Assembly: GCA_001303125.1 (NCBI GenBank)
Contig: LJNE01000006.1
Span: 9,169-73,168 of the forward strand
Reading direction: 5' to 3'
Length of the DNA: 64,000 nt
DNA from: Parcubacteria bacterium DG_74_1
Lineage (GTDB): Bacteria > Patescibacteriota > Minisyncoccia > Minisyncoccales > DG-74-1
Positions 1 to 8,596 of this stretch are shown here, piece after piece. The notes below the pieces were generated by a model that was not told the DNA's origin, searched no databases, and saw only the letters and a list, made by a program, of their open reading frames with translations. The position numbers and the translations under genes were made by a program. Within the stretch, counting starts at the first letter, position 1. Every line of letters begins with the position of its first letter.

Positions 1-431
1 AAAAATTTCTCAATGAGATGAACCACTACTTCGGTATCGGTATCTGAAGAAAATTGATGGCCTTCTTTAAGTAATTCTTTTTTCAGCTCAGTATAGTTTT
101 CAATAATACCATTATGAACTAAATAGATATTTTTTTGACAATCAAAATGAGGATGGGCATTATCTTCGGTTACTCCCCCGTGAGTTGCCCAACGAGTATG
201 TAAGATAAGGGGGTTAGCAAAAACGGAAGTATAATTATTATTCACCTTTTTTTCCAGATTAATAATCCTCCCTACTGCTTTTTGGCAAACAATCTCTTTT
301 TTATTTCTGTCCCAAAAAGCGAAACCAGCGGAATCATAACCGCGATATTCTAATCTTTTTAGAGCTTCTAGTCCCAATTTAAGAGTATTTGGATTTTCTT
401 TTTTTGAGATATAGCCAACTATACCGCACAT
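1..431 (-). CDS. glmS: Glutamine--fructose-6-phosphate aminotransferase, N-terminal part (gene runs off the window start)
   Basis: Not in the ORF track because it is open at the window edge. My translation of the minus strand from the ATG at 429-431 gives MCGIVGYISKKEN..RLEYRGYDSAGFAF..LHTRWATHGG..VHNGIIENYTELKKELLKEGHQFSSDTDTEVVVHL. This is a class-II (Cys2 nucleophile) amidotransferase domain with GlmS-type motifs. Confidence 0.8.
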   Translation of the reverse strand, partial: MCGIVGYISKKENPNTLKLGLEALKRLEYRGYDSAGFAFWDRNKKEIVCQKAVGRIINLEKKVNNNYTSVFANPLILHTRWATHGGVTEDNAHPHFDCQKNIYLVHNGIIENYTELKKELLKEGHQFSSDTDTEVVVHLIEKF

Positions 432-435
432 GCTT

Positions 436-2853
436 TTATATGACGATGTTGATTAGCTTACCCGGAACGAAGATGACTTTTTTAATTTCCTTGTCAGATA
501 TCCTATTTTTAATCTTTTCTCTGGAAATTGCAAGGCTACGAGCTTTTTCTTCGGAGATATCAGCCTCAACTTCAATTTTGTCTCTAACTTTGCCATTAAC
601 CTGAATAACTAAAGTTATAGTTTCTTCCTCAATCAACTTAGAATTATATTTTGGCCATTTTTGAAAAGCGATGCTTTCTTTCTGACCCAATAATCTCCAA
701 AGCTCTTCTGAAATATGAGGCGCCAAAGGATAAAGTAAGGTTAACATGTGTTCAAGCGTACCTTTCCCAACTTTCTCTTTTCTTTCCTGACATAAATTAA
801 CAAATTCCATAAAAGCAGCTACGGCCGTATTAAATTTCGTCGCTTCCAAATCTTCGTCTATTTTTTTATTTAGTTTATGTACGGCTCTTAAAATTTGCGG
901 ACTACTTTCTTTATTCTCAATACACTGAGAAAATAACCGCCACACTTTTTCCAAAAATCTGTAAACTCCTTTTACTCCCTGGGTACTCCAGGCGATAGTT
1001 TCTCCAAAAGGCCCCATAAACATTTCATAAACTCTTAGGGTGTCGGCCCCATATTTATTGACGATTTCATCAGGATTTATGACGTTGCCGAAAGATTTTG
1101 ACATTTTTCTGCCGTCTTCGGCCAAAACTACCCCATGGGAAGTTCTCTTCTGATATGGTTCGGGCTGAGGAACTACTTTAATATCGTAAAGAAACTTATA
1201 GATAAAGCGGGAATATAAAAGATGTAGAGTGGTGTGCTCAAAACCGCCGTTATACCAATCAACCGGCAACCAATATTTTAATTTCTTAGAGTCGGCTATT
1301 AGTTTATCGTTTTCTGGGTCGCAATAGCGCATATAATACCAGTTGGAGCCTGCCCAGTTTGGCATGGTATCGGTTTCTCTTTTAGCTCTACCTCCACATC
1401 CCGGACATTTAACATTGACCCAGTCAGAAATAACAGCCAAGGGTGATTCACTAGTTCCGGTTGGCTGATATTTCTCTACATAAGGCAACTCCACTGGCAG
1501 CTCTTTTTCGGGCACAGCCACTACGCCGCATTTTTGACAATGGATTATCGGAATTGGCTCTCCCCAATAATGTTGTCGAGAAAAAACCCAATCCCGCAAT
1601 TTATAATTTACTGTTTTTCTTCCCGCTCCTTTTTTTTCTAACCAGGTAGTAATTTTTTTTCTTGCCTCGGCGGAAGTCAAACCATCAAATTGTGCAGAGT
1701 TGACTAAAATTCCTTCTTCTGGGTAGCATACTTTTAAATTTTTGACTCTCTCCCAGAGGTCGTCGTTTTTTGGTCTTAAAGACACCTTCAATGGAATATT
1801 ATACTTTTTAGCCATTTCGAAGTCTCTCTGGTCATGCGCATCGGCAAAGACAGCACCGGTGCCATAATGCGCTAATACAAAATCCGCTATCCATATTGGT
1901 ATTTTTTCATTATTAGCTGGATTAATCGCATATGCTCCCGTGAATACACCCGTCCTTTCTTTTTCTAGTTCAGAGCGCTCCAATTCTCCTTTCTGAGCAG
2001 CCTCTTTCACGTATTTCTCTACCGCGTTTTTTTGCTCTTTGGTAGTAATTTCTTTAACTAATTGATGCTCGGGGGCTAAAATTATGAATGTGCCAGAAAA
2101 TATTGTATCAATGCGCGTTGTAAAAACTGGTATTTTCTTTCCAGAACTCTCAACTTGAAAATCAATTTCGGTGCCATAACTCTTACCAATCCAGTTTATT
2201 TGCTGAGTCTTAATTTTGTCTAAATAATCAACTTTTTCTAAATCTTCTATTAATCTGTCAGCGTAGGCTGTAATTTTTAACATCCACTGTTTCAAGGTTC
2301 TTTTTTCTACAACAGCTCCACAACGCTCGCAAGCACCTCCCACTACTTCTTCGTTGGCTAATCCAATTTTACAAGAAGGACACCAATTAACTGGTATTTC
2401 GGCCTGATAAGCTAAGCCCTTTTCAAAAAGTTTAAGAAAAATCCATTGGGTCCATTTATAGTATTTAGGATCGGTGGTATTAATCTCTCTTGACCAATCG
2501 AAGGAAAGGCCCAAGGATTTCAACTGTCTCTTGAAATTAGCGGTATTTTCTTCGGTCACTTTTTGGGGATGGATGCCCGTTTTGATAGCATAATTTTCAG
2601 TAGGTAAACCAAAAGCATCCCAACCGATAGGAAATAAAACATTATATCCTTCCATTTTTTTCTTACGGGCTATCGCATCTAAGGCCGAATAGCTCCGGGC
2701 ATGACCAACATGAAGACCGTCACCCGAAGGATAGGGAAATTCAACCAAGATGTACTTTTTAGGTTTTTTAGAAAAATCCTCTGCCCGAAATAGCTTATTT
2801 TCCTCCCAAAACCTTTGCCATTTAGGTTCAATTTTTTGCGGCTCGTATAGCAT
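436..2853 (-). CDS. leuS: Leucyl-tRNA synthetase
   Basis: 805 aa. It has the class I HVGH motif (PYPSGDGLHVGHARSY), the KMSKS motif (GRKMSKSFGN), and the CP1 editing and zinc-binding Cys regions typical of bacterial LeuRS. Confidence 0.97.
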   Translation of the reverse strand: MLYEPQKIEPKWQRFWEENKLFRAEDFSKKPKKYILVEFPYPSGDGLHVGHARSYSALDAIARKKKMEGYNVLFPIGWDAFGLPTENYAIKTGIHPQKVTEENTANFKRQLKSLGLSFDWSREINTTDPKYYKWTQWIFLKLFEKGLAYQAEIPVNWCPSCKIGLANEEVVGGACERCGAVVEKRTLKQWMLKITAYADRLIEDLEKVDYLDKIKTQQINWIGKSYGTEIDFQVESSGKKIPVFTTRIDTIFSGTFIILAPEHQLVKEITTKEQKNAVEKYVKEAAQKGELERSELEKERTGVFTGAYAINPANNEKIPIWIADFVLAHYGTGAVFADAHDQRDFEMAKKYNIPLKVSLRPKNDDLWERVKNLKVCYPEEGILVNSAQFDGLTSAEARKKITTWLEKKGAGRKTVNYKLRDWVFSRQHYWGEPIPIIHCQKCGVVAVPEKELPVELPYVEKYQPTGTSESPLAVISDWVNVKCPGCGGRAKRETDTMPNWAGSNWYYMRYCDPENDKLIADSKKLKYWLPVDWYNGGFEHTTLHLLYSRFIYKFLYDIKVVPQPEPYQKRTSHGVVLAEDGRKMSKSFGNVINPDEIVNKYGADTLRVYEMFMGPFGETIAWSTQGVKGVYRFLEKVWRLFSQCIENKESSPQILRAVHKLNKKIDEDLEATKFNTAVAAFMEFVNLCQERKEKVGKGTLEHMLTLLYPLAPHISEELWRLLGQKESIAFQKWPKYNSKLIEEETITLVIQVNGKVRDKIEVEADISEEKARSLAISREKIKNRISDKEIKKVIFVPGKLINIVI

Positions 2854-2930
2854 ATTTCAATGCTTAATTTTATATTGTTTTAGCGCTTTTGTCTATTAAA
2901 AAACATCCAAATATATCCCTAAGCCGCAAT

Positions 2931-2968
2931 TTTAATAAAAACGCGGGGAGACAAATTTCGTCTCCCCG
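2931..2968 (-). terminator. Rho-independent terminator downstream of the purC-like gene
   Basis: Perfect 9-bp stem CGGGGAGAC (2944-2952) / GTCTCCCCG (2960-2968) with a 7-nt loop. On the minus strand it is followed by CGTTTTTATTAAAA. Confidence 0.7.
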
Positions 2969-3026
2969 GTCTTACAAAGGTGCGGGAATTCTTAACAACG
3001 GAGAGTCACTCCTCTCTCCTTGTTAG

Positions 3027-3950
3027 TTAGATATCGAGGTTAACTCCGGCATAGGCTTCAGCTAGAGCTTTGTACCGTCGGCTGATTTCCCAAATCGTTT
3101 CTTCCGGCAACTCAGGAATTGGTGGTTCTTCCTCGCCCTTATCCCTTGCAGCTTTAAGTCGATCGTAATAGCGCATCTCAATCAGCTTCTGGCGGATGAA
3201 TTCTTTGGAATAATGCTCAATGATCCCCTGACGAAGTTTCTCCGTAGGAACTGGCCGATCCTCATCCGGCGTACAGAAGACATCACCAATCATTTTCCTT
3301 CTTCCTGGTCCCATCAACGGCTCAACTTTGCCGTCAAGAAGAGTGTAGCCACATCGAGCCATTTCCAAAGAACAAGCCCCAATCAGACGATCAATCATGG
3401 CCCAATAATGATCTAAATCTTCCATGGTAATACCTGCGAGTCTACACACCTCTTCCTCGGTCAGGTCACGGTCAACGCTCTCAAGCTTCGTTGTGAGATG
3501 TTTGATAGGATATGGAAAAGGCGTTCCGACGACCGGGATAACACCGACTGATAGGCCGTAATGTTCTGGCTTCTTTTTCCCTGAATGAAAATCTCTGTCG
3601 ATGCTTCCAGCCACCCGAAGCCGATAAATAAATTCGGCCGGCACTAAGTAATTTTGGTCTTGAGCGGTTAATGCCCGGTCGGCGATAAGCTGAACCTCCT
3701 TGATCCGGATAGTAACTGGGTCGAGTTGCTCGACAAAGTGCGTAGGAACCCCAATTTCTTCAGCAATTCGGAAAGACTTGACAGCGCAAGCGCACATTGC
3801 GAGCGCTTTACCGGGGATGGGGTAACTGGCCCGACCTCTATCGAATACCGAAAAAAAATTTGTAAAGCGGAAGGCGATATCTGATTCGTCGACCCTGTAA
3901 ATATCCTTGGCGCTGCCCGCCCTGATGAACTGCAGCTTCACTGGTTCCAT
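3027..3950 (-). CDS. purC: SAICAR synthetase-like protein (long form)
   Basis: 307 aa. N-terminal GSAKDIYRV..FRFTNFFSVFDRGRA..IPGKA..VPTHFVE matches the PurC pattern (GKAKDIY / SAFD / GKG / THF). The gene is GC-rich relative to its flanks. Confidence 0.75.
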   Translation of the reverse strand: MEPVKLQFIRAGSAKDIYRVDESDIAFRFTNFFSVFDRGRASYPIPGKALAMCACAVKSFRIAEEIGVPTHFVEQLDPVTIRIKEVQLIADRALTAQDQNYLVPAEFIYRLRVAGSIDRDFHSGKKKPEHYGLSVGVIPVVGTPFPYPIKHLTTKLESVDRDLTEEEVCRLAGITMEDLDHYWAMIDRLIGACSLEMARCGYTLLDGKVEPLMGPGRRKMIGDVFCTPDEDRPVPTEKLRQGIIEHYSKEFIRQKLIEMRYYDRLKAARDKGEEEPPIPELPEETIWEISRRYKALAEAYAGVNLDI

Positions 3951-3951
3951 T

Positions 3952-4488
3952 TTATTGACCCTCCTTTCTCCTTTTGTCTTCTATCATGGCGAGTGCAGTT
4001 TCGAGCGTGAGCTCGAGTGGCTCTTTTGCCGCCGGCAACTGGATTGTAGGCAGATTACCTTGAACCGCGTCGCGGCAGGCTCGATAGAACCCTTGCGAAC
4101 CAACATAGTCATCGTAGATTACCTCTACCCCGGGCAATTGGGTGATGCTAAGTATCGCTGCCTGCGTGTGAGTGGAATTATTTGGGTCTTCTAATGCCAC
4201 CCCGAAAACATGAATTGATGTGTTTTGTTTCTCGTAGCGCAGGAAAGCCTCGATTACGCCGGGGAGGATCGCGGCCCAGCCGGCCGCCGCTATTATGACA
4301 TCGACAGCTTGAGTTTCCACAAACCGAGTAAGAGATTCGACAAGTTTCTTCCTGTTACGATGGGCACTTATTACTTTTACAAAGGGTACTTCCGCCCTCG
4401 AAGAGCTATCCAGATATTTGAGCCCTGTCTCGCATTGCGCGAGGTCGTTCACCGATCCCAAAATGATTCCGAGTTTTCTTTTACCCAT
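3952..4488 (-). CDS. purE: PurE-like (AIR carboxylase / N5-CAIR mutase fold) protein, atypical motifs
   Basis: 178 aa. LGIILGSVNDL (versus GSKSD), VISAHRNRKKL (SAHR retained) and IIAAAGWAAILPGVI (versus AGGAAHLPGM) show the family fold. One of the two conserved His residues is replaced by Ile. Confidence 0.6.
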   Translation of the reverse strand: MGKRKLGIILGSVNDLAQCETGLKYLDSSSRAEVPFVKVISAHRNRKKLVESLTRFVETQAVDVIIAAAGWAAILPGVIEAFLRYEKQNTSIHVFGVALEDPNNSTHTQAAILSITQLPGVEVIYDDYVGSQGFYRACRDAVQGNLPTIQLPAAKEPLELTLETALAMIEDKRRKEGQ

Positions 4489-4491
4489 TCA

Positions 4492-5265
4492 TTACTCTCC
4501 TTCTACCCTAAACGTTAGATACTTCTCGTCTATTCCGGCTAAAATCCGTTCGGCTGCCTCTGTTTTAGTCCGGGGTTTAGGGTCATCCCATCCTTGAAGT
4601 TCAGTGATAGGACCACCGATCACTATGAAACGAGCTCCTCGTTCTTTTGCTTGGTTTGGAGTCAAGGTAAAGATATGTTCTCCTTTATCCGGGTATGAAT
4701 CTGGTCTAATAGCAACCGCTACTGTCATGGGGATATCTCTCTTTTCTGGCTGACGAGACAGATGCTCTAGTTCTTCGGCTGCACAGTAAAGCCCGGCTGC
4801 TTTTGTTTCTCGGGTCATCGCGGTGAAATCATCTGCCTTGGCCTCTCTGTTAACCGCGCCGAAGATAAACCTGATATCAGCTAAGCTGAGAGAGCTCAGG
4901 CTCGATCCAACTAGAATCTTTGTTGGGTGATGAGCGGTTGCCACCGCTCTCCGGATAGCCGTAGGGCCAGCCGCAGCATTACAGACAATAAAGCGTACTG
5001 CTGTACGACAGAAGAGCTTAATGCTATCCTCGATAAATTTAGGAGTGCCGATAAGCTGGAGATCAATGAGTAAATTCACTGATCCTACGCTTTTTTCTAT
5101 TTCCTCGAGCAATCTTACGCCTTCAGCAAAAATCGGAGTGCTTAGTTTATATCCCCAGACCATCTTGCCCTCTTCAAGCTCTTTTATTGTCTCTATCACT
5201 TCTTCCTTGCCCAGCATATCTAACGCCACAATAATGGGATTTTGTATTGGTTTACGCATCTTCAC
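4492..5265 (-). CDS. Orotidine-5'-phosphate decarboxylase-fold protein with non-canonical active-site motifs
   Basis: 257 aa. It is colinear with PyrF: PIIVALD, GYKL (KVG), LLIDLQLIGTPKF (versus LDLKLHDIPNT), ILVGSSLSS (versus AVTxLTS) and FIVIGGPIT (versus IVVGRPIT). The catalytic DxKxxD motif reads DLQLIG here. Confidence 0.6.
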   Translation of the reverse strand: MKMRKPIQNPIIVALDMLGKEEVIETIKELEEGKMVWGYKLSTPIFAEGVRLLEEIEKSVGSVNLLIDLQLIGTPKFIEDSIKLFCRTAVRFIVCNAAAGPTAIRRAVATAHHPTKILVGSSLSSLSLADIRFIFGAVNREAKADDFTAMTRETKAAGLYCAAEELEHLSRQPEKRDIPMTVAVAIRPDSYPDKGEHIFTLTPNQAKERGARFIVIGGPITELQGWDDPKPRTKTEAAERILAGIDEKYLTFRVEGE

Positions 5266-6767
5266 ACCTCCTTTCTCTGGTTATATTTTGCTAAAAAAGC
5301 GTCTGCTCTCCTAGCAATTTTAAAGGCTTTTTCTTTGGCGTAACCGATGAACTTCTCGGGCTCTTGCAACAAGTCGATTAGCTCGCTGGGAATATTAGCT
5401 ACTACCGGTTTTAGTCTTGGTTTCTCGTCTGCCAACAGAGACAACTCCGTTATCAGGTGACGACCAGAAACCTGAGAGCGCGGCATAAGAGTATGATTTA
5501 CCAAGCTATGGGCATCACCTTGATAACCTGCCATCACTAAGGCAACATAGACCGCCTCAGACAAAACAAGGTGCCTCTGGATGGCGAAATTGTGCTTCAG
5601 GGCTTCCGTGTCAACAGAAATTCTAGGCACAATCCTATTCGCTGTCTCTAATTGATGTTGAGTGAGAACAATTATGCCCGGGAACTCCCGCATGACACAC
5701 ATTCCAGTGGCATCACGCTGGTGATCAGAGATTACTACATCCAGAACCTTATGAAACTCACTCTTAACAATAGTGTAAATGCCCTCGATGCCTTCCCAAC
5801 TTATAGGGTTTCTCTTATGGGGCATAGCCGAAGACCCGTCCTGACTACCCTCAAAGGGTTCTACCACCTCTGCTAGCTCCGTTCTTTGAAGATTTCTGCA
5901 ATCCCGGGAAATCTGCCCTAAAGCACCGGAAAGCAAAGTGAACTCAAGGAGAAAACGAGCTAACGGTTCGGGTGGTAAAATTTGGGTGGAAATTGGAGCA
6001 GGAGAAAGCTTAAGTTCGGCCAGAACTAATTCTTCAAAGCTTTTACCGAGCATCTCTTGGGACTTTTTCTCAAACCCCAAAGCTACTTGGCAGTTGTAAG
6101 CTCCTACTGGGCCGCTAAACTTTCCTACTAACTCTGCTTCTCTGTCTACTAAATGCTCAGCTATGTCAATAATTCTTCCCAAAATAGTTGCTAACCAGAA
6201 GCCGACCGTGATAGGTTCGGCGTGCTGACCATGAGTCCGGCCAATCTGGACGGTATCGGAAAATTGAGCCACCCTCTCTTTCAGTGACTTAATTAGCCCC
6301 AAGAGAGCTGGAAAACTAACTTCCCAGAAAGCTCTCTTATAAGCAACTATCCTGGCCGTGTCAATGATGTCATAGCTGGTAGCTGGAACATGAAGCCAGC
6401 GTGCTAAAACCTTTACTAACTGTCGCCTGGTGGCTATTAAAAAATAGCGGATAGCTGTTAATAGGGCCCTGATATCATGTTTGGTAATATTCTTTTCGAT
6501 GGCATCTTCAAGTGTGGTAGCAACCTTAGAACGAATCATTTGATACATCTCGTCGGTTAAAAGAGTCGCTACTCCCGGTGGAAGCATATCGAGCTTAGCT
6601 GAAACTTTCAGTAGAGCCCACTCAACCTCGAAATAGAACCTGGCAATGTTATCGTGGCCGAAAAATGGCTTGAGTGACGCGGGCTGATAACGAGGGTTTC
6701 CTGGCAACTCTAATCTCTCTGGCATTCTTTTTATTTTCTTGACAATTTCTTTTACTTGGCTAGACAT
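5262..6767 (-). CDS. purB: Adenylosuccinate lyase (fumarate-lyase superfamily)
   Basis: 501 aa. GRTHGQHAEPIT, ISTQI, the signature GSSAMPHKRNP, and HQRD are present. It overlaps the upstream OMPDC-fold gene by 4 nt. Confidence 0.85.
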   Translation of the reverse strand: MSSQVKEIVKKIKRMPERLELPGNPRYQPASLKPFFGHDNIARFYFEVEWALLKVSAKLDMLPPGVATLLTDEMYQMIRSKVATTLEDAIEKNITKHDIRALLTAIRYFLIATRRQLVKVLARWLHVPATSYDIIDTARIVAYKRAFWEVSFPALLGLIKSLKERVAQFSDTVQIGRTHGQHAEPITVGFWLATILGRIIDIAEHLVDREAELVGKFSGPVGAYNCQVALGFEKKSQEMLGKSFEELVLAELKLSPAPISTQILPPEPLARFLLEFTLLSGALGQISRDCRNLQRTELAEVVEPFEGSQDGSSAMPHKRNPISWEGIEGIYTIVKSEFHKVLDVVISDHQRDATGMCVMREFPGIIVLTQHQLETANRIVPRISVDTEALKHNFAIQRHLVLSEAVYVALVMAGYQGDAHSLVNHTLMPRSQVSGRHLITELSLLADEKPRLKPVVANIPSELIDLLQEPEKFIGYAKEKAFKIARRADAFLAKYNQRKEV

Positions 6768-6899
6768 TCTTTTTCACCTCTCTCTATTTATTATTTTGAA
6801 GGAACTAATCTTCTCACTAAAGAGCTATAAAAAAGAGGGCCGTTCCTCCTTTAACCCTCCTTTTTAAAAGGGTAGCAAATTTTGAAGAAATGTCAAAGC

Positions 6900-7835
6900 T
6901 TAGATATATTCGATGGTAGCCGGAGGCTTTGGGGTTATATCGTAACAGACGCGATTTACTCCCGGAATTTCAGTCGTTAATCTTTTGGTAATTTTTTCCA
7001 ATAATTTCCAAGGTAATTTAGTTGGCTGAGCTTTCCTTGCATCAACGCTTTCAACACATCTCAAAATAATAATACTACCAAATTCTCTTTTATTGTTTCT
7101 TAAACCAGTTGCCCTATCTTCCATTAGTACCGGGAAATACTGGAAAGCGCCAGAATTCTTTAGCTCTTTCTCTACAACCTTGGTTGCCTTTCTGACAACA
7201 GTGATCTTTTGACGATTGGCTTCGCCGATCACTCTGGCGGACAAAGCTGGTCCGGGAAAGGGCATTCTTTGGCAGATTGATCTGGGTAACCCTAAAAGTT
7301 TAGACACCTTCCTTACGCCGTCTTTACGAAGCTTAATCAAGGGCTCGATGACTTGGTAACCGAATTCTTTTTGAGGGTTAATGCCGATTTGAGCCAAAAC
7401 ATTATGCTGCCTTTTGATCCCAGCTACCGTCTCTTCAATATCAGTAAGAATAGTTCCTTGAAATAAAAACTTAATCTTTTTTTCCTTAATAATTTCTCTG
7501 AAAATATCTTTATAAAAAGCTGTGGCGACAGCCTTTCTTTTTTCTTCGGGATCAGTTTTTCCTTTTAAGGCTTTAAAAAAAATATTTTGAGCATTAACTA
7601 TTTCCACTTTTATTCCTAATTTCTGAAAATTCTTAACAACGCTTTCTGGTTCTCCTTCTCTCATTAAGCCATTATCAACAAAGACAACTTTGAGATTTCT
7701 TTCTAGGGCTTTATATCCCAAAAGAGTTACAGCTGAACTGTCTACGCCTCCCGATAGAACACTTAAAGCTTTCTCTTCACCAACAATCTCTCTAATTTCT
7801 TTAATTTTTTCTTTAATAAATTTTTTGTAATTCAT
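6900..7835 (-). CDS. guaA: GMP synthase, ATP-pyrophosphatase subunit B (split, archaeal-type)
   Basis: 311 aa. PP-loop SGGVDSS, FLFQGTILTDIEE, and the C-terminal dimerisation region ending PPATIEYI. There is no GATase domain in the ORF or next to it. Confidence 0.85.
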   Translation of the reverse strand: MNYKKFIKEKIKEIREIVGEEKALSVLSGGVDSSAVTLLGYKALERNLKVVFVDNGLMREGEPESVVKNFQKLGIKVEIVNAQNIFFKALKGKTDPEEKRKAVATAFYKDIFREIIKEKKIKFLFQGTILTDIEETVAGIKRQHNVLAQIGINPQKEFGYQVIEPLIKLRKDGVRKVSKLLGLPRSICQRMPFPGPALSARVIGEANRQKITVVRKATKVVEKELKNSGAFQYFPVLMEDRATGLRNNKREFGSIIILRCVESVDARKAQPTKLPWKLLEKITKRLTTEIPGVNRVCYDITPKPPATIEYI

Positions 7836-8593
7836 AGGTTAAATAATTTTTTGGCATTTTCAGTAGTTATTTTAGATATTTCTTCATAGCTTATACTTCT
7901 AATCTGGGCAATTTTTTCAGCTATATATCTCACACATATAGGTTCATTTCTCTCGGTACTAGCTGAGGGAGGTGTTAAATATGGACAATCTGTTTCAATC
8001 AAAATTTTATCTAAAGGCGCCTTCTTTATTATGTCATCTAAGTTCATTTTAAAAATTATCCCGTTAAATCCTAAATAAAGCCTCATTGCTAAATATTTTT
8101 CTGCCTGAGCCCAGCTGCCGGTAAAACAATGCACCACTCCTTTTAATTGCTCTTTATTCGCCTTTTGTTGCTTATCAAGAATTGTTATCAAATCTTTGTG
8201 CGCCATACGACAATGAAAAATTACCGGCAAAGGCAATTTTCTTACTAATTGTAATTGTTCTAAAAAAAGTTCTTTTTGTTTTCCCTTAAAAGAAGCGTAT
8301 TCTTCTTTATAATCCAAGCCGACTTCTCCGATGGCCACCACCTTAGATGACTGAGCTAGTTGTTCATATTTTTTATAATCAAATTTGTCTCGTGCATAAA
8401 TAGGATGGAGCCCGATAGCAGCATAAACTCCCCTTTCGTATTTTTCAGCAAGCTCAACTGCTCTTTTGCTGGTTGAATATTGAGAACCAACATTGATAAG
8501 CCACGTATCGTTATCTAAAGACCGACGAATTATTTCGCCGGCATCATCTTTATACGCGTTGAAATTAACGTGAGCATGAGTATCAATCAGCAT
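7832..8593 (-). CDS. tatD: TatD-family metal-dependent hydrolase/DNase
   Basis: 253 aa. MLIDTHAHVNF start, GEVGLDY, HCR/HCF His motifs and ETDCPYL. Confidence 0.9.
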   Translation of the reverse strand: MLIDTHAHVNFNAYKDDAGEIIRRSLDNDTWLINVGSQYSTSKRAVELAEKYERGVYAAIGLHPIYARDKFDYKKYEQLAQSSKVVAIGEVGLDYKEEYASFKGKQKELFLEQLQLVRKLPLPVIFHCRMAHKDLITILDKQQKANKEQLKGVVHCFTGSWAQAEKYLAMRLYLGFNGIIFKMNLDDIIKKAPLDKILIETDCPYLTPPSASTERNEPICVRYIAEKIAQIRSISYEEISKITTENAKKLFNL

Positions 8594-8596
8594 AAA

